A stretch of 64,000 nt of DNA from positions 20,710 to 84,709 of the forward strand of contig MEKU01000003.1 in the NCBI GenBank assembly GCA_001767195.1, in the 5' to 3' direction. This document shows, piece by piece, positions 17,832-26,997 of the stretch. A program made the position numbers and the translations under genes. Source of the stretch: Acidobacteria bacterium RIFCSPLOWO2_02_FULL_67_21. Its GTDB lineage: Bacteria > Acidobacteriota > Vicinamibacteria > Vicinamibacterales > UBA2999. Under the pieces are notes generated by a model. That model was given only the letters and a program-made list of their open reading frames with translations, was not told where the DNA came from and ran no database searches. Positions within the stretch are counted from its first letter, which is position 1. The number at the start of each line of letters is the position of its first letter.

Positions 17832-19322
17832 ATGATGACCAGCACCGTACTTGCAGCGTTCGCGTGGTGGGCCTTCCTCATCTGCGCCGTCTACCTTGTG
17901 GCACTCACGGTGTTGCTGCTTGCGATGCTGGTGGTTGCCGTCCGGGAGAACCGGTTACGCGCCGATGAGGCCCGGCTTGACGATTTCGCGACGGTTCGGC
18001 ACTCACCGTTCACCATTCCGGTGAGCATCATCGCTCCTGCCTACAACGAGGAGGCCTGCATTTCCGCATCGATCTCGTCGCTGCTGGCGCTTGACTATCC
18101 GGAGTACGAAGTCATTGTAGTCAACGACGGCTCGCGCGACGGCACGTTCCAGGAGTTGAGACGTCGCTTCGAACTCGAGCCGGTCGAGGTCTACCCCGCG
18201 GACTCGCTGCCGACGTCTGAGATTCGGCAGGTGTATCGCAGCCGCCAGCATCCCCGTCTCACGGTCGTCGACAAAGACAACGGGGGCAAGGCTGATGCAC
18301 TGAACTGCGGGGTCAATCTGGCGCGCTTCCGGTATGTCTGCTGTGTCGACGCGGACACCGTCTATTACCCGCATGCGCTGCTGTCCGGGATGCGTCACAT
18401 CGTGCAGGATCCCCAGCACGTGGTCGGCGTGACGAGCCAGATCGCCCTCAGCCGCCATCCCGAGCGGACGCCACGCACAGAGAGGCTTCGAATCGATCGC
18501 CACCCGATGCTCGTGTTCCAGACGTTCGACTATCTCAGGGCCTTTGCCGCTGCGCGGCTCGCCTGGAGCCGGTGGAACTACATGCTGTGCTCCGTCGGCG
18601 CATTTGCGATCTGGCGGCGCGACATCGTCTCTGAACTCGGCGGATTCTCCACGTCCTTCACCTGCGAAGACATCGAGTTCACCTTCCGCGTGCATGAACA
18701 CTTTCGGTCCACTGGGACACCGTACGCCGTCCTCTCTCTGACGGACATCGTCGGTGTGACCGAGGGCCCTCAGAGCGTCGGGAGCCTCGTCAGCCAGCGC
18801 GCCCGCTGGCAGCGGGTGATCGCGGAAACCGTCTGGCGGTACCGACGGATGTTCTGGAATCCGACGTACGGCGCCGTCGGATTCGCGGGGATGACCTATT
18901 ACGTAGTGGCTGAAGTCCTCGCTCCGCTGTTCCAGATCCTGGCGATCGTCGCGGTGCCGGCCGGCGCTGTCGCCGGCGTCATCGCGTGGCCGGACTTCTG
19001 GCGTGTTCTCGCGACCGTGGCGATTGTCAATGGCATGTTCACCATCGCCGCAATGCTGTTGCAGCAGCGGGCATTCAAAACATTTTCCGCCGCGGACCTC
19101 CGGTACATGATCGCGCTCGGTCCGCTGGAGCTGCTTCTGTACCGCCCCTTCATCATGTTCGCCCAGGTGAAGGGCACGATCGACTTTCTCTTGCGGGATC
19201 GGCGGTGGAACAAGTTCGAGCGGAACCCCAGAGGCGGGGTGTTCTCGCCGGTGTCAGCCTCACGCGGCCTCGGTCTCCTTGAACAAAGGAGTCTTCCAGA
19301 AAATGCTCTGCCTCTCCAATGA
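17832..19322 (+). CDS. Processive family-2 glycosyltransferase (polysaccharide synthase, PgaC/YaiP-like)
   Basis: 496 aa with an N-terminal TM helix and a GT2 core (IIAPAYNEE, VVNDGSRDGT, KADALN, CVDADT). It has the QRARW (QxxRW) motif of processive synthases and C-terminal TM helices. Confidence 0.85.
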   Translation: MMTSTVLAAFAWWAFLICAVYLVALTVLLLAMLVVAVRENRLRADEARLDDFATVRHSPFTIPVSIIAPAYNEEACISASISSLLALDYPEYEVIVVNDGSRDGTFQELRRRFELEPVEVYPADSLPTSEIRQVYRSRQHPRLTVVDKDNGGKADALNCGVNLARFRYVCCVDADTVYYPHALLSGMRHIVQDPQHVVGVTSQIALSRHPERTPRTERLRIDRHPMLVFQTFDYLRAFAAARLAWSRWNYMLCSVGAFAIWRRDIVSELGGFSTSFTCEDIEFTFRVHEHFRSTGTPYAVLSLTDIVGVTEGPQSVGSLVSQRARWQRVIAETVWRYRRMFWNPTYGAVGFAGMTYYVVAEVLAPLFQILAIVAVPAGAVAGVIAWPDFWRVLATVAIVNGMFTIAAMLLQQRAFKTFSAADLRYMIALGPLELLLYRPFIMFAQVKGTIDFLLRDRRWNKFERNPRGGVFSPVSASRGLGLLEQRSLPENALPLQ

Positions 19323-19516
19323 CATTACTACCGGCGCGTGAGAACGGACATGCGATGCAAGTTCTTCATTCAACAAACGTTACATCAGCCAGCACCGGGA
19401 ATGACTGGATGGGCAGGGACTTGCACAGTCACAAGGCGCGTGAGGCTGATGTGCCCACGCGTTCTTGCCCTCTGGCCCGGGGCCGGGGGCGAAATGGAGA
19501 CACGGGAGTCAGACGA

Positions 19517-20071
19517 ATGAATCGCTGGTATTTCGTGCAGGCAGTGCTGGTCGTCGGCGGTCTGAGCGGCGTCGCGTGCGACACATCGTATTCGAGCTCG
19601 AACCCCGGTCCCCTTCTGCCCACTCCGCTCGTCGCGGAGGTGGGCGGCATGTGGAACGGCTCGACGACCCTTTCGAAAGTGGCCGAGGGCGAGTGCGTCG
19701 GCGCGATGCTGCTGCCATTGCTGGGCAGCGTCAGCGCCAATACGATTGCGATTGAGCAAACGGGAACCACCCTCACCGCAAAACTGACATCGGCGGACAC
19801 CGGCCTGGCCTGCGCTTACCGGGGGACGATTTCCCTGAACAACGTGGTCCTCGAGTCCTCCTCGTGCAGCGCGAATCCGGTCAATCAGGTCGTTCAGTGC
19901 CCGAATGGCAGCGTGCGGCAATTGGAATTGATCGGTTCGAGCGTCACCGCGACTGTCGCAGGTGGAATCATGACCGGAACGGTGGCGGATACATTCAACG
20001 TACGCGATGCCGACGAGAAGCCGGTCGCCGGCCTCGTGGTTAACCAGAGTCTGACGACGACGCGACGCTGA
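19517..20071 (+). CDS. Hypothetical lipoprotein
   Basis: Trimmed to MNRWYFVQAVLVVGGLSGVAC (lipobox LSGVAC). No recognisable domain. Confidence 0.55.
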   Translation: MNRWYFVQAVLVVGGLSGVACDTSYSSSNPGPLLPTPLVAEVGGMWNGSTTLSKVAEGECVGAMLLPLLGSVSANTIAIEQTGTTLTAKLTSADTGLACAYRGTISLNNVVLESSSCSANPVNQVVQCPNGSVRQLELIGSSVTATVAGGIMTGTVADTFNVRDADEKPVAGLVVNQSLTTTRR

Positions 20072-20118
20072 CCGATGCGCGTCGACGTGTGTGCAGCCCC
20101 TGCTGCCGGAGGTGCAAG

Positions 20119-20787
20119 ATGCCGTTGCTGAAATCGACATCCCTTGTCTGCTGCTTCCTGGTCACCAGTGCCATGCCCGCGCTGGCTCAAGAGCCGCGGC
20201 CTGCGTCAGCGCCTGCCGAACGTGGCTATTTGATCGGCGGCGGGGGCGCGTCATTCGGTCCGCAGACTGCATCGACCTTCGGCGTCGAGATCGGCGAGAA
20301 GATGGGCCCCGTCCTTCAGGCCTACGTCGCGTTCTCCTACTTCGACGACCTGATGCCCGATGAGGCTCGGAGCAACCTGGTTCTCGCCGCTCAACGCCTC
20401 GAGGCTCTGACCTTGACGCCGTGGGACTTTCACGGCCGGGATCGCGGTCGAGCGTTCACCGCGGGGGCTAAAGTCGCCCTGCCCGGAACGGTGCGGCCTT
20501 ACGTTGGCGGCGGGGTCGGTGCCCTGAACCTGAAGAGAGTCGTCACCGAGCGGTACCTGGGGAATGTGACCGAGAGTTTTCGAGCGCAGTTCGGAACGAC
20601 CGGAGATGTGCTGGACAGCAGCCAGGCCTCAACGACGAAGCCCATGGTCGAAGCTGCGGCGGGAGTCGGACTCATCGCCGGACGTGCGTACCTCGACGTC
20701 GGATATCGCTACCGCCGGGCGTTTCATGCCTTCGAAGGGACGTTCGATTTCTCTCAGTTCACGGTGAGCGCCGGCATCGCCTTCTGA
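20119..20787 (+). CDS. Outer-membrane beta-barrel protein (OmpW/porin-like small barrel)
   Basis: Trimmed to MPLLKSTSLVCCFLVTSAMPALAQ (signal peptide). Alternating strands and a C-terminal FTVSAGIAF ending in Phe. Confidence 0.7.
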   Translation: MPLLKSTSLVCCFLVTSAMPALAQEPRPASAPAERGYLIGGGGASFGPQTASTFGVEIGEKMGPVLQAYVAFSYFDDLMPDEARSNLVLAAQRLEALTLTPWDFHGRDRGRAFTAGAKVALPGTVRPYVGGGVGALNLKRVVTERYLGNVTESFRAQFGTTGDVLDSSQASTTKPMVEAAAGVGLIAGRAYLDVGYRYRRAFHAFEGTFDFSQFTVSAGIAF

Positions 20788-21034
20788 TGGAGCAGACAAA
20801 AGTCTTCCTGTCGGCCGACAAGGACCGCCGAGGAGTCTTCGGTCATGCGTCAGGCAATCACATCGACAAAGATCGATGCGCCGCGACCGCGTCCTTGATG
20901 TACGATCCGCGTTCGTCGGCATTCCATTGGACAGCGACGTGACGGGTTCGATGTCCACTGTGATGTCCCGCAGTTCGCCGTGAACGCCGGTACGGCGTCT
21001 CGCGCGTGATGTTGCAACGGCCCAGATTTCTCCG

Positions 21035-21973
21035 ATGGATGTGTCGAAGGCAGTAGAAGAAGGACCCTCAGGGTTCGGATCGTTCGAACTCTATCCCAGG
21101 CTACGGGAAATACGCAGGGGGTCAACGCGCATCCGGTTGCAGCAGCAGCCCTTCGACATACTGTGCATGATGCTCGACCGCCCCGGGGAGCTCCTGGCAC
21201 GGGACGACATCCGCCTGAAGCTCTGGCCTGAGGGAACGTTTGTGGACTTCGAGCACAGTCTGAACGCGGCGATCAAGCGGCTGCGCTCCGCGCTTGGGGA
21301 TAGCGCGCACAACCCCCGATTCATCGAGACGCTTTCCCGTCGTGGATACCGGTTCATCGGCGCGCTCGCCGACGAGCAGAAGGGTCCGCCAACGCTCCCT
21401 TCATGCGCTCGGCTGGCCGTACTGCCGTTCTCCAACCTCAGCCCGGATCCAGCTCAGGATGTGTTCTGTGATGGCCTGACCGAGGACGTCATTACACAGA
21501 TCGGCCAGCGCTTCCGCGGCCGGGTTGACGTCGTTGCACGACGATCGATCATGGCGTTCAAGGGCAGCACCGATCGCGTGAGTCAGATCGGCGAACACCT
21601 GCAGACCGACTACCTGCTGGAAGGAAGCGTCCGGCGGGATGACGAGCGTCTGCGCATGACCGCACGCCTGGTCGATGCATTAACCGAAACACACCTCTGG
21701 GCCGAGGCATACGAGCGGCCGCTAACGGATCCCCTTTCCGCCCAGTACGAGACTGCGTCTCTCATCGCGGCATCGCTGCTGCTCGAGGCCGCGACGTGGC
21801 TGACCGTCCCGGCACCGAGAGCGATGGGGCAGGTGCGCGCACAGCGTAGCCTTGAGAGATTTGAAACGGGGATGCTCCGCATCGATCCCCATGGAGGGGC
21901 GACCCGGTTGCAACAGCTTGCGCCTACTCGCGTGGATTTTGTCGACCACAGTGCACGGAGGCAGAACCGTTGA
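21035..21973 (+). CDS. Winged-helix (OmpR/CadC-type Trans_reg_C) transcriptional regulator with a TolB-N-like domain
   Basis: F-x-L...L-x-x-G-x-x-V-x-L pattern (FELYPRLREIRRGSTRIRLQQQPFDILCMMLDRPGELLARDDI, AIKRLRSALGD, IETLSRRGYRF), then LAVLPFSNLS...DYLLEGSVRR as in CadC/TolB-N-like modules. Confidence 0.75.
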   Translation: MDVSKAVEEGPSGFGSFELYPRLREIRRGSTRIRLQQQPFDILCMMLDRPGELLARDDIRLKLWPEGTFVDFEHSLNAAIKRLRSALGDSAHNPRFIETLSRRGYRFIGALADEQKGPPTLPSCARLAVLPFSNLSPDPAQDVFCDGLTEDVITQIGQRFRGRVDVVARRSIMAFKGSTDRVSQIGEHLQTDYLLEGSVRRDDERLRMTARLVDALTETHLWAEAYERPLTDPLSAQYETASLIAASLLLEAATWLTVPAPRAMGQVRAQRSLERFETGMLRIDPHGGATRLQQLAPTRVDFVDHSARRQNR

Positions 21974-22006
21974 CGCGGTGCAGGTCCGGCCGAAGGGGGC
22001 CAGGGG

Positions 22007-22258
22007 TTACGGTGCGAATCGCTGTCCGGCCACCGAGGCCACGCGTGCACGCTCATCAGACGACAGCTCAGAAACACTGAATATGTCGGGACTCTTGCCG
22101 AGAGCATCAGAGTCTTCCATGACGGCCGACGCGGTGAACACGTGTCCGCAGCGGTCGCATTGGAACCAATCTTCGGCGTCGTTGCGCATGATTCGAGGCA
22201 ATGGTTCCACATGCTGGCTGTCGCAGGTGACACAGTGCGGGATCCAGGGCGTTTGCAT
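22007..22258 (-). CDS. Four-cysteine zinc-ribbon miniprotein (paralog of 45301..45567)
   Basis: Trimmed from ORF 22007..22441 to MQTPWIPHCVTCDSQHVEPLPRIMRNDAEDWFQCDRCGHVF (83 aa), with CxxC...CxxC. It aligns along its length with the 45301 protein (MQT, C-TC, VE-LPR-M-DD-E-W-CD-CG-VF, FS-S-L). Confidence 0.7.
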   Translation of the reverse strand: MQTPWIPHCVTCDSQHVEPLPRIMRNDAEDWFQCDRCGHVFTASAVMEDSDALGKSPDIFSVSELSSDERARVASVAGQRFAP

Positions 22259-22270
22259 GGGGCGTCCAAT

Positions 22271-22286
22271 TTCAAGCCACGTGCCA
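22271..22286 (-). promoter_or_regulatory. Candidate sigma54-type -24/-12 element TGGCACGTGGCTTGAA
   Basis: Minus strand reads TGGCAC-N5-TTGAAAT, ending 12 nt before the ATG at 22258. The same pattern, TGGTAC-N5-TTGAAAT, precedes the paralog at 45301. The -12 GC is replaced by GA, so this is non-canonical. Confidence 0.35.
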
Positions 22287-22349
22287 GCCGTGTTTCGCAT
22301 TCGTGACGAAGTGCTCCCACCGCCTCCCCCCTGATGAAGAACTCCAGTC

Positions 22350-23012
22350 ATGGCGTACACGATCCTGGTTGTAGACGACGATCCAACGACCCGCCAGGCC
22401 CTCGCGATGCTGGTTGCGGAGGCGGGGTACGAGGTCCTCACGTCCGGCGATGTGCCATCCGCCCTTCACGTGCTGGAGGACAGCCGGCCGGATCTCTTGA
22501 TCACCGACGTCCGGCTTGCCAACCACAATGGCCTCCAGCTCATCGCGATGGCACCCAGACCCATTCCGACGATTGTGCTCACGGGCTTCGCCGATCCCAG
22601 TATCGAAGCCGACGCACGACGGTTGGGGGCGGAATATCGGACCAAGCCGGTTGAGCCGAGTGCCCTGCGCGACCTCATCGCGCGGATGCTCGCACCGGCT
22701 GAACCCTTCAAGGCCCTGACAGGGAGACGCGGCGCCGGCCGCCGCCGTCTGCCAAACTCAGCGTCGGTACGCGTCGGCCAGCATCTCGGACGCGTCGTCG
22801 AGGTAAGCGCCGGAGGCATGCGCATCGAAGTGCATTGCGCTGAGGAGGCGGACCTACCGGACACCCTCGTGCTCCACATCGCTGCGTCAGGCATCAGTGT
22901 CCCGATCGCCATCGTATGGAAACAGCGGCGGGCCGATCGTACCTGGCTGTGCGGTGCGGCGATTACTCACCAGGCGGAGGCGAAGTGGCGCGCCTTTCTG
23001 GCCACACTCTAA
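22350..23012 (+). CDS. Response-regulator receiver fused to a PilZ domain (REC-PilZ paralog B)
   Basis: MAYTILVVDDD, LLITDVRL, TKP. PilZ motifs RGAGR and EVSAGG (Glu in the D/N position). The C-terminal tail WLCGAAI...KWRAFLATL is shared with paralogs A and C. Confidence 0.85.
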   Translation: MAYTILVVDDDPTTRQALAMLVAEAGYEVLTSGDVPSALHVLEDSRPDLLITDVRLANHNGLQLIAMAPRPIPTIVLTGFADPSIEADARRLGAEYRTKPVEPSALRDLIARMLAPAEPFKALTGRRGAGRRRLPNSASVRVGQHLGRVVEVSAGGMRIEVHCAEEADLPDTLVLHIAASGISVPIAIVWKQRRADRTWLCGAAITHQAEAKWRAFLATL

Positions 23013-23458
23013 TCAGCGCGCACTGAGCGACACTACCCTCGGCGATGTTTCCTTCGCGCACCGTGAGCCGCTTCTCCACACGCAGCGGCTTCGATGTCGG
23101 CTTTTAGCATCCGATTCTGTTTTGTCAGCGCGCGCAGATGCCGCAGCAGATCGGCAGTACGTTTTCGGCTGAGCGGACCGTCGTGCAAGTCGCCGCCGCG
23201 ACGCTTCGCCATGACCTGGAACCTCAGCAACATTACCGGTTCGTCAGGCAGCGGGCAAACGGAAAAAGAGCAAAGGGCGACACGATAAATGTCGCTGACA
23301 AAAGTCTGCTCTATGAGGCAGACAACAAACGCACCGGACTTCACTCGTTGACGAGATCGAGCAGCCCACAAGCGCGCCACTGAGGTAACATTCGCATTAA
23401 CATTTCCTCTGCAGTCGCGCAGCGCCTTGATGCCGGTGTCGTAGGCGTTCTCCACAAG

Positions 23459-24460
23459 ATGTCACGCGTCGTAATCATGGATCAGAGTTTCGGCACTCGA
23501 CTTCGGCTCCAGCGTGAACAACAGCAGGTCAGCCTCTCAGCGGTTGCGGCAAAGACGAAGATCAAGCTCTCCTTGCTCGAAGGACTGGAGCGTGACGATG
23601 TGTCTGCCTGGCCGTTCGGCATCTTCCGTCGGGCGCACATCCGTGCCTACGCGGAAGCAGTCGGCCTAGAGTCTGATGCGGCGGTCCATGAGTTCTTGGC
23701 GCTCTATCCTGATCCCGTCGAAGTACTGCCCGCAGGGACTACCGTCTGGCCTGATCCCAAAGAGGAGTTGACGCGTCCGCAGGTTGATTCCGGATTTCGG
23801 CGTCTTGTGACCTCGGTAATGACCGCGGTTCCCACGTTTCTTCAGCGTGTGGACCGCAGCGCTCCCCTTCTTCCCGTTCTTGTTCTTGAGAAGGAACCGG
23901 CGCCTGAACCTGCCAAGCCTGCAGGCACCGAGCTCGCCTCGCAGCGCACCGCCACGGTTGAGCGCGAGCGTCCTGGTGATGTTCCAGTGCTCCCGCGAGT
24001 GGACCTGCTCGCGGTGGCGCAGTTCTGTAACCGGGTCGGACGTGCGCAATGTATGGATGAGGTTGCTGCGGTCCTTCGAGACGCCTCCATGTGCCTTGAC
24101 GCCATCGGTCTCATCGTATGGTGCTGGGACGGCGATACAACCGCCCTGAAACCTCTCTTGGCGTACGGATACTCCGATGCCACTCTCGCGCGATTTGGAT
24201 CGATTCCTCAAGACGAACAGAATGCCGTCGCCGCCGCATTTCGCTCGGCAGAACCATGCGTCGTCACAGGTTCGGACGGTCGCACTGGCGCGCTCGTCGT
24301 CCCGTCCATCGCATCGGGCAAGTGTCTCGGCGCTCTTGCTCTGGAATTTCAGGACAACAAGGAACAATGCCAGCGGGTGCATGCAGCCGCGACCATCCTG
24401 GCCGCGCAGCTGGTGCCGTGGCTCAGATGGCGACCGGTGGCCGACGCGTTGACCGCGTGA
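23459..24460 (+). CDS. HTH (XRE/RodZ-like) plus GAF domain protein
   Basis: N-terminal FGTRLRLQREQQQVSLSAVAAKTKIKLSLLEGLERDD is RodZ/HTH_25-like. The C-terminal ~150 aa (MDEVAAVLRDASMCLDAIGLIVWCWD...GALVVPSIASGKCLGALALEF) is GAF-like. An alternative start is at 23477. Confidence 0.7.
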   Translation: MSRVVIMDQSFGTRLRLQREQQQVSLSAVAAKTKIKLSLLEGLERDDVSAWPFGIFRRAHIRAYAEAVGLESDAAVHEFLALYPDPVEVLPAGTTVWPDPKEELTRPQVDSGFRRLVTSVMTAVPTFLQRVDRSAPLLPVLVLEKEPAPEPAKPAGTELASQRTATVERERPGDVPVLPRVDLLAVAQFCNRVGRAQCMDEVAAVLRDASMCLDAIGLIVWCWDGDTTALKPLLAYGYSDATLARFGSIPQDEQNAVAAAFRSAEPCVVTGSDGRTGALVVPSIASGKCLGALALEFQDNKEQCQRVHAAATILAAQLVPWLRWRPVADALTA

Positions 24461-24986
24461 GGAGCTTCGCGTTACGGCGGGGCTTTTAGGCATTCGACGC
24501 TTTTGAGTCGGCCGTGTTCTATTTCGATGCCCACCCTCCCGGAGCTTGGATGACCCGAAACCGTATCCATCGGTGTGGCAACAACTTCTCGGCGCTGGCT
24601 CCGCGGCATCCCAATTGCCGTAGTGCGCGCATCCGGCACGCGGATGACCATCCTAACTATTGTTGGACGTCGACCTCAGATGCCGCCGAATCGTGCGCGC
24701 ATCGCCACGGCGCACCTCCAGGCTGCAATTGCGCATCTCAACAATGAGGCACAGCGCCGCGTACTGAACGCCCTGCCAGGAAACGCGGGCGGTGCCGACG
24801 AGCTGCGATTGATTGTCCGGGCGTTGTGTGACGTTGTGGATGCACTTCAGCCGTCGCGCTCCGAGGCGCGGCGAGACACCGCCTGAATTAGATACTACCT
24901 GGGAACATGCTTATCCGTTGGTGCTCGGTTGTTGCCGGTTGGGCCGAATATTGTTCGTTACGTATGACTCATCTCTTCAACTGCAT

Positions 24987-26169
24987 ATGACTCAGAAGCT
25001 GTCGATGTCGCCTGCGAACCCACCACTCATCGTTGGAGAGAGCCCCGCGATACAGACTCTTCGCAATGACATCGCGCGGGCCGCCCGTTCGAAAGCCAAG
25101 GTGCTCATCCTCGGGGAGACGGGCGTTGGAAAGGAAGTCGTCGCGCGATGTATCCATGCGGGAAGCGACCGGCGCAATCAGTCGTGGGTCGCGGTGAACT
25201 GCAACGGTATTCCAGAGACGCTGCTCGAGTCCGAATTGTTTGGGCACGTGCGTGGAAGTTTTACGGGGGCATTTCGCGACAAGATTGGCCTCGTCCAGCA
25301 GGCGAACCACGGAACGCTCTTTCTCGACGAAGTCGGCGAAATGAGCCAGCGAATGCAGGCGGTGCTGCTGCGGTTCATGGAGACCGGCGAGGTGCAGCAA
25401 GTGGGCGCCCACTCTGCCGCGACCTATGCCGCCGTGCGGTTGATTGCCGCCACGAACCGCGAACTATATGCGCAGGTTGCGGCTGGCGCCTTCCGTGCAG
25501 ATCTGTACTACCGCCTCAACGTCATTCTCATCCGCGTGCCGCCACTCCGCGACCGCGGCGACGATGTGCTGCTGCTGCTGCTGCTGCTGCTGCACTATGC
25601 TCAATCAGGCCGCCCAGCTGCACGGCCTGCATTGTCCCGGGCTATCGCCCGATGCGGTCGCATCGCGTATGGCGTATCCGTGGCCAGGTAACGTCCGAGA
25701 ATTGAAGAACGTCGCTGAGCGCCTCGTGTTGAAGGAATCGAACGCATTGACAACAGCAGACGTCCCGACCGAAATCCGCCGCGGGCCCGCCCGCTTCGCC
25801 GCCGGTCACACGTACCAACCGGAGGCGCCGCCGATCGCTTCACCAGCCAGCAACGTCGTAACGGAGCGCATGGAGCAAGCCTGGCAGCGCATACGAGCCG
25901 GTGAGGATTTTTGGACGGTGGTGCAACCGGCCTTCAAGGCGCGGGAGTTCACACGAAGCGATCTTGTCTCGTTGATCGATCGCGGACTGCACGAGGCGGG
26001 CGGGAGCTATCGCGAGCTCTTGAAAGTGTTTCATCTTCCATCGGAGGAGTGCAAGCGCTTCCACTCCTTTCTCTATCAACAGCAGTGCAACCTTCCTGTC
26101 TCACAATACCGACAACAGCGTCGGCCCAGGGCGTCCGACGAATCGAAGGGCGATCAGAAGGCCTCATGA
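24987..26169 (+). pseudogene. Sigma54-dependent activator (bEBP) lacking an N-terminal sensory domain; reading frame broken at about 25599
   Basis: Two ORFs (24813..25691 and 25444..26169) together align end to end with the intact paralog 30526..31689. They carry Walker [15 protein letters not shown] (GAFTGA variant), [11 protein letters not shown] and a Fis-like C-terminal HTH. Frame 0 matches up to ...LLLLHY; frame +1 matches from LNQAAQLHGL. One extra nt lies near 25599, 6 nt after a (CTG)8 tract. An alternative start is at 25005. Confidence 0.8.
25569..25592 (+). repeat. Perfect (CTG)8 trinucleotide tract inside the bEBP coding sequence
   Basis: Read directly: GTG then CTG x8, encoding poly-Leu (DVLLLLLLLLHY). 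The paralog has only LLLLE at the same place. Confidence 0.95.
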
Positions 26170-26231
26170 AGATCCTAAGACTGATGGGCGCAGCGACCCC
26201 TGTTCTCGTGCCAACGGTCCGCCATCGCCAC

Positions 26232-26543
26232 CTAACCCGCGGTCATGATTGTCTGAGGGGGTGAGTCTGCGGGTCTCCATTGCCGCAGGGCGGCAACGGC
26301 CTGCTCGACGGTAGCCACCAACGGAAGTCGTAGCAGCAGGTCGACGCCGGGATGTCTGTCGGAAGAGACCTGCAGCCACCAGGCGTCTCCATCTCGGTGC
26401 ACACCGACGACAAGCGCTTTCCACGGTCGATCGTCCTCAAAGACGCGTTCGTCGAGAGCGGCGATCACCCGGTCGAGGCGGTGGCTGACACGCGAATCTG
26501 CGGGAAGAACCATGTCGTCCAGCGTTTGTTTTTCAACCCTCAT
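26232..26543 (-). CDS. Hypothetical protein
   Basis: 103-aa ORF with high third-position GC, no overlap with better genes, no recognisable domain and no clear SD. Confidence 0.35.
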   Translation of the reverse strand: MRVEKQTLDDMVLPADSRVSHRLDRVIAALDERVFEDDRPWKALVVGVHRDGDAWWLQVSSDRHPGVDLLLRLPLVATVEQAVAALRQWRPADSPPQTIMTAG

Positions 26544-26727
26544 GCCGACGCCGCGTCACGTCTCGACGTTCCGTAAATGCTTGTTCCTATTGAGATCAGG
26601 CATCTTCCGACGACATCTGAATGTCAGAAGTCACACGTTCGGGAGTTATCAGGCTCTCAGGAGTCCGACTGTTGTCCGGCGGTTGTCGTGATTTCTGAAT
26701 TCCGCCACAACGTCGTTCGTAGTCTAA

Positions 26728-26997
26728 AGTGCAGTCAGGAGGCACAGCAGTCCGGCGATGAGAGGTTGCACTCGACGCGAGAGGCCGGTCAGCGAGATCG
26801 CTTCCGAGGCAACGCCGGATTCGGCACGGTTGGTCGCGCCCGAGGTTGTCCGATCCGTCGATGCCCGGAGTGCGGCCGCCGCGTCTCGGAACTCCCGAGC
26901 GGCTTCCGCCACCTGACTCGAAATACTCTGCTCGAATGCGTCGAGTCTCGTCTGCGGTGCACGAGGGAATCGTGCGCGGCGCGCGTGCGTCGGCATA
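26728..26997 (-). pseudogene. Fragment of a paralog of the RskA-like gene 45667..46836
   Basis: About 270 nt align at roughly 90 percent identity with 46190..46461 (encoding [20 protein letters not shown]...RRVQPLIAGLLCLL). Similarity stops exactly at the IS630 end (cggcaTA) on one side and near 26728 on the other. Confidence 0.85.

Noticed and set aside
23033-23455. 140-aa minus ORF (possible 59-aa core from 23212), and the plus ORF 24575..24886
   Set aside because: No domain, weak or absent SD, and partly lower-GC intergenic sequence. They could be small proteins of the regulatory island, but the sequence alone gives no support.
25569-25592. (CTG)8 tract as a frameshifting phase-variation switch
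   Set aside because: A trinucleotide unit cannot change the reading frame by slippage. The actual frame break is a single extra base 6 nt downstream. The tract is kept only as a repeat and expansion observation.
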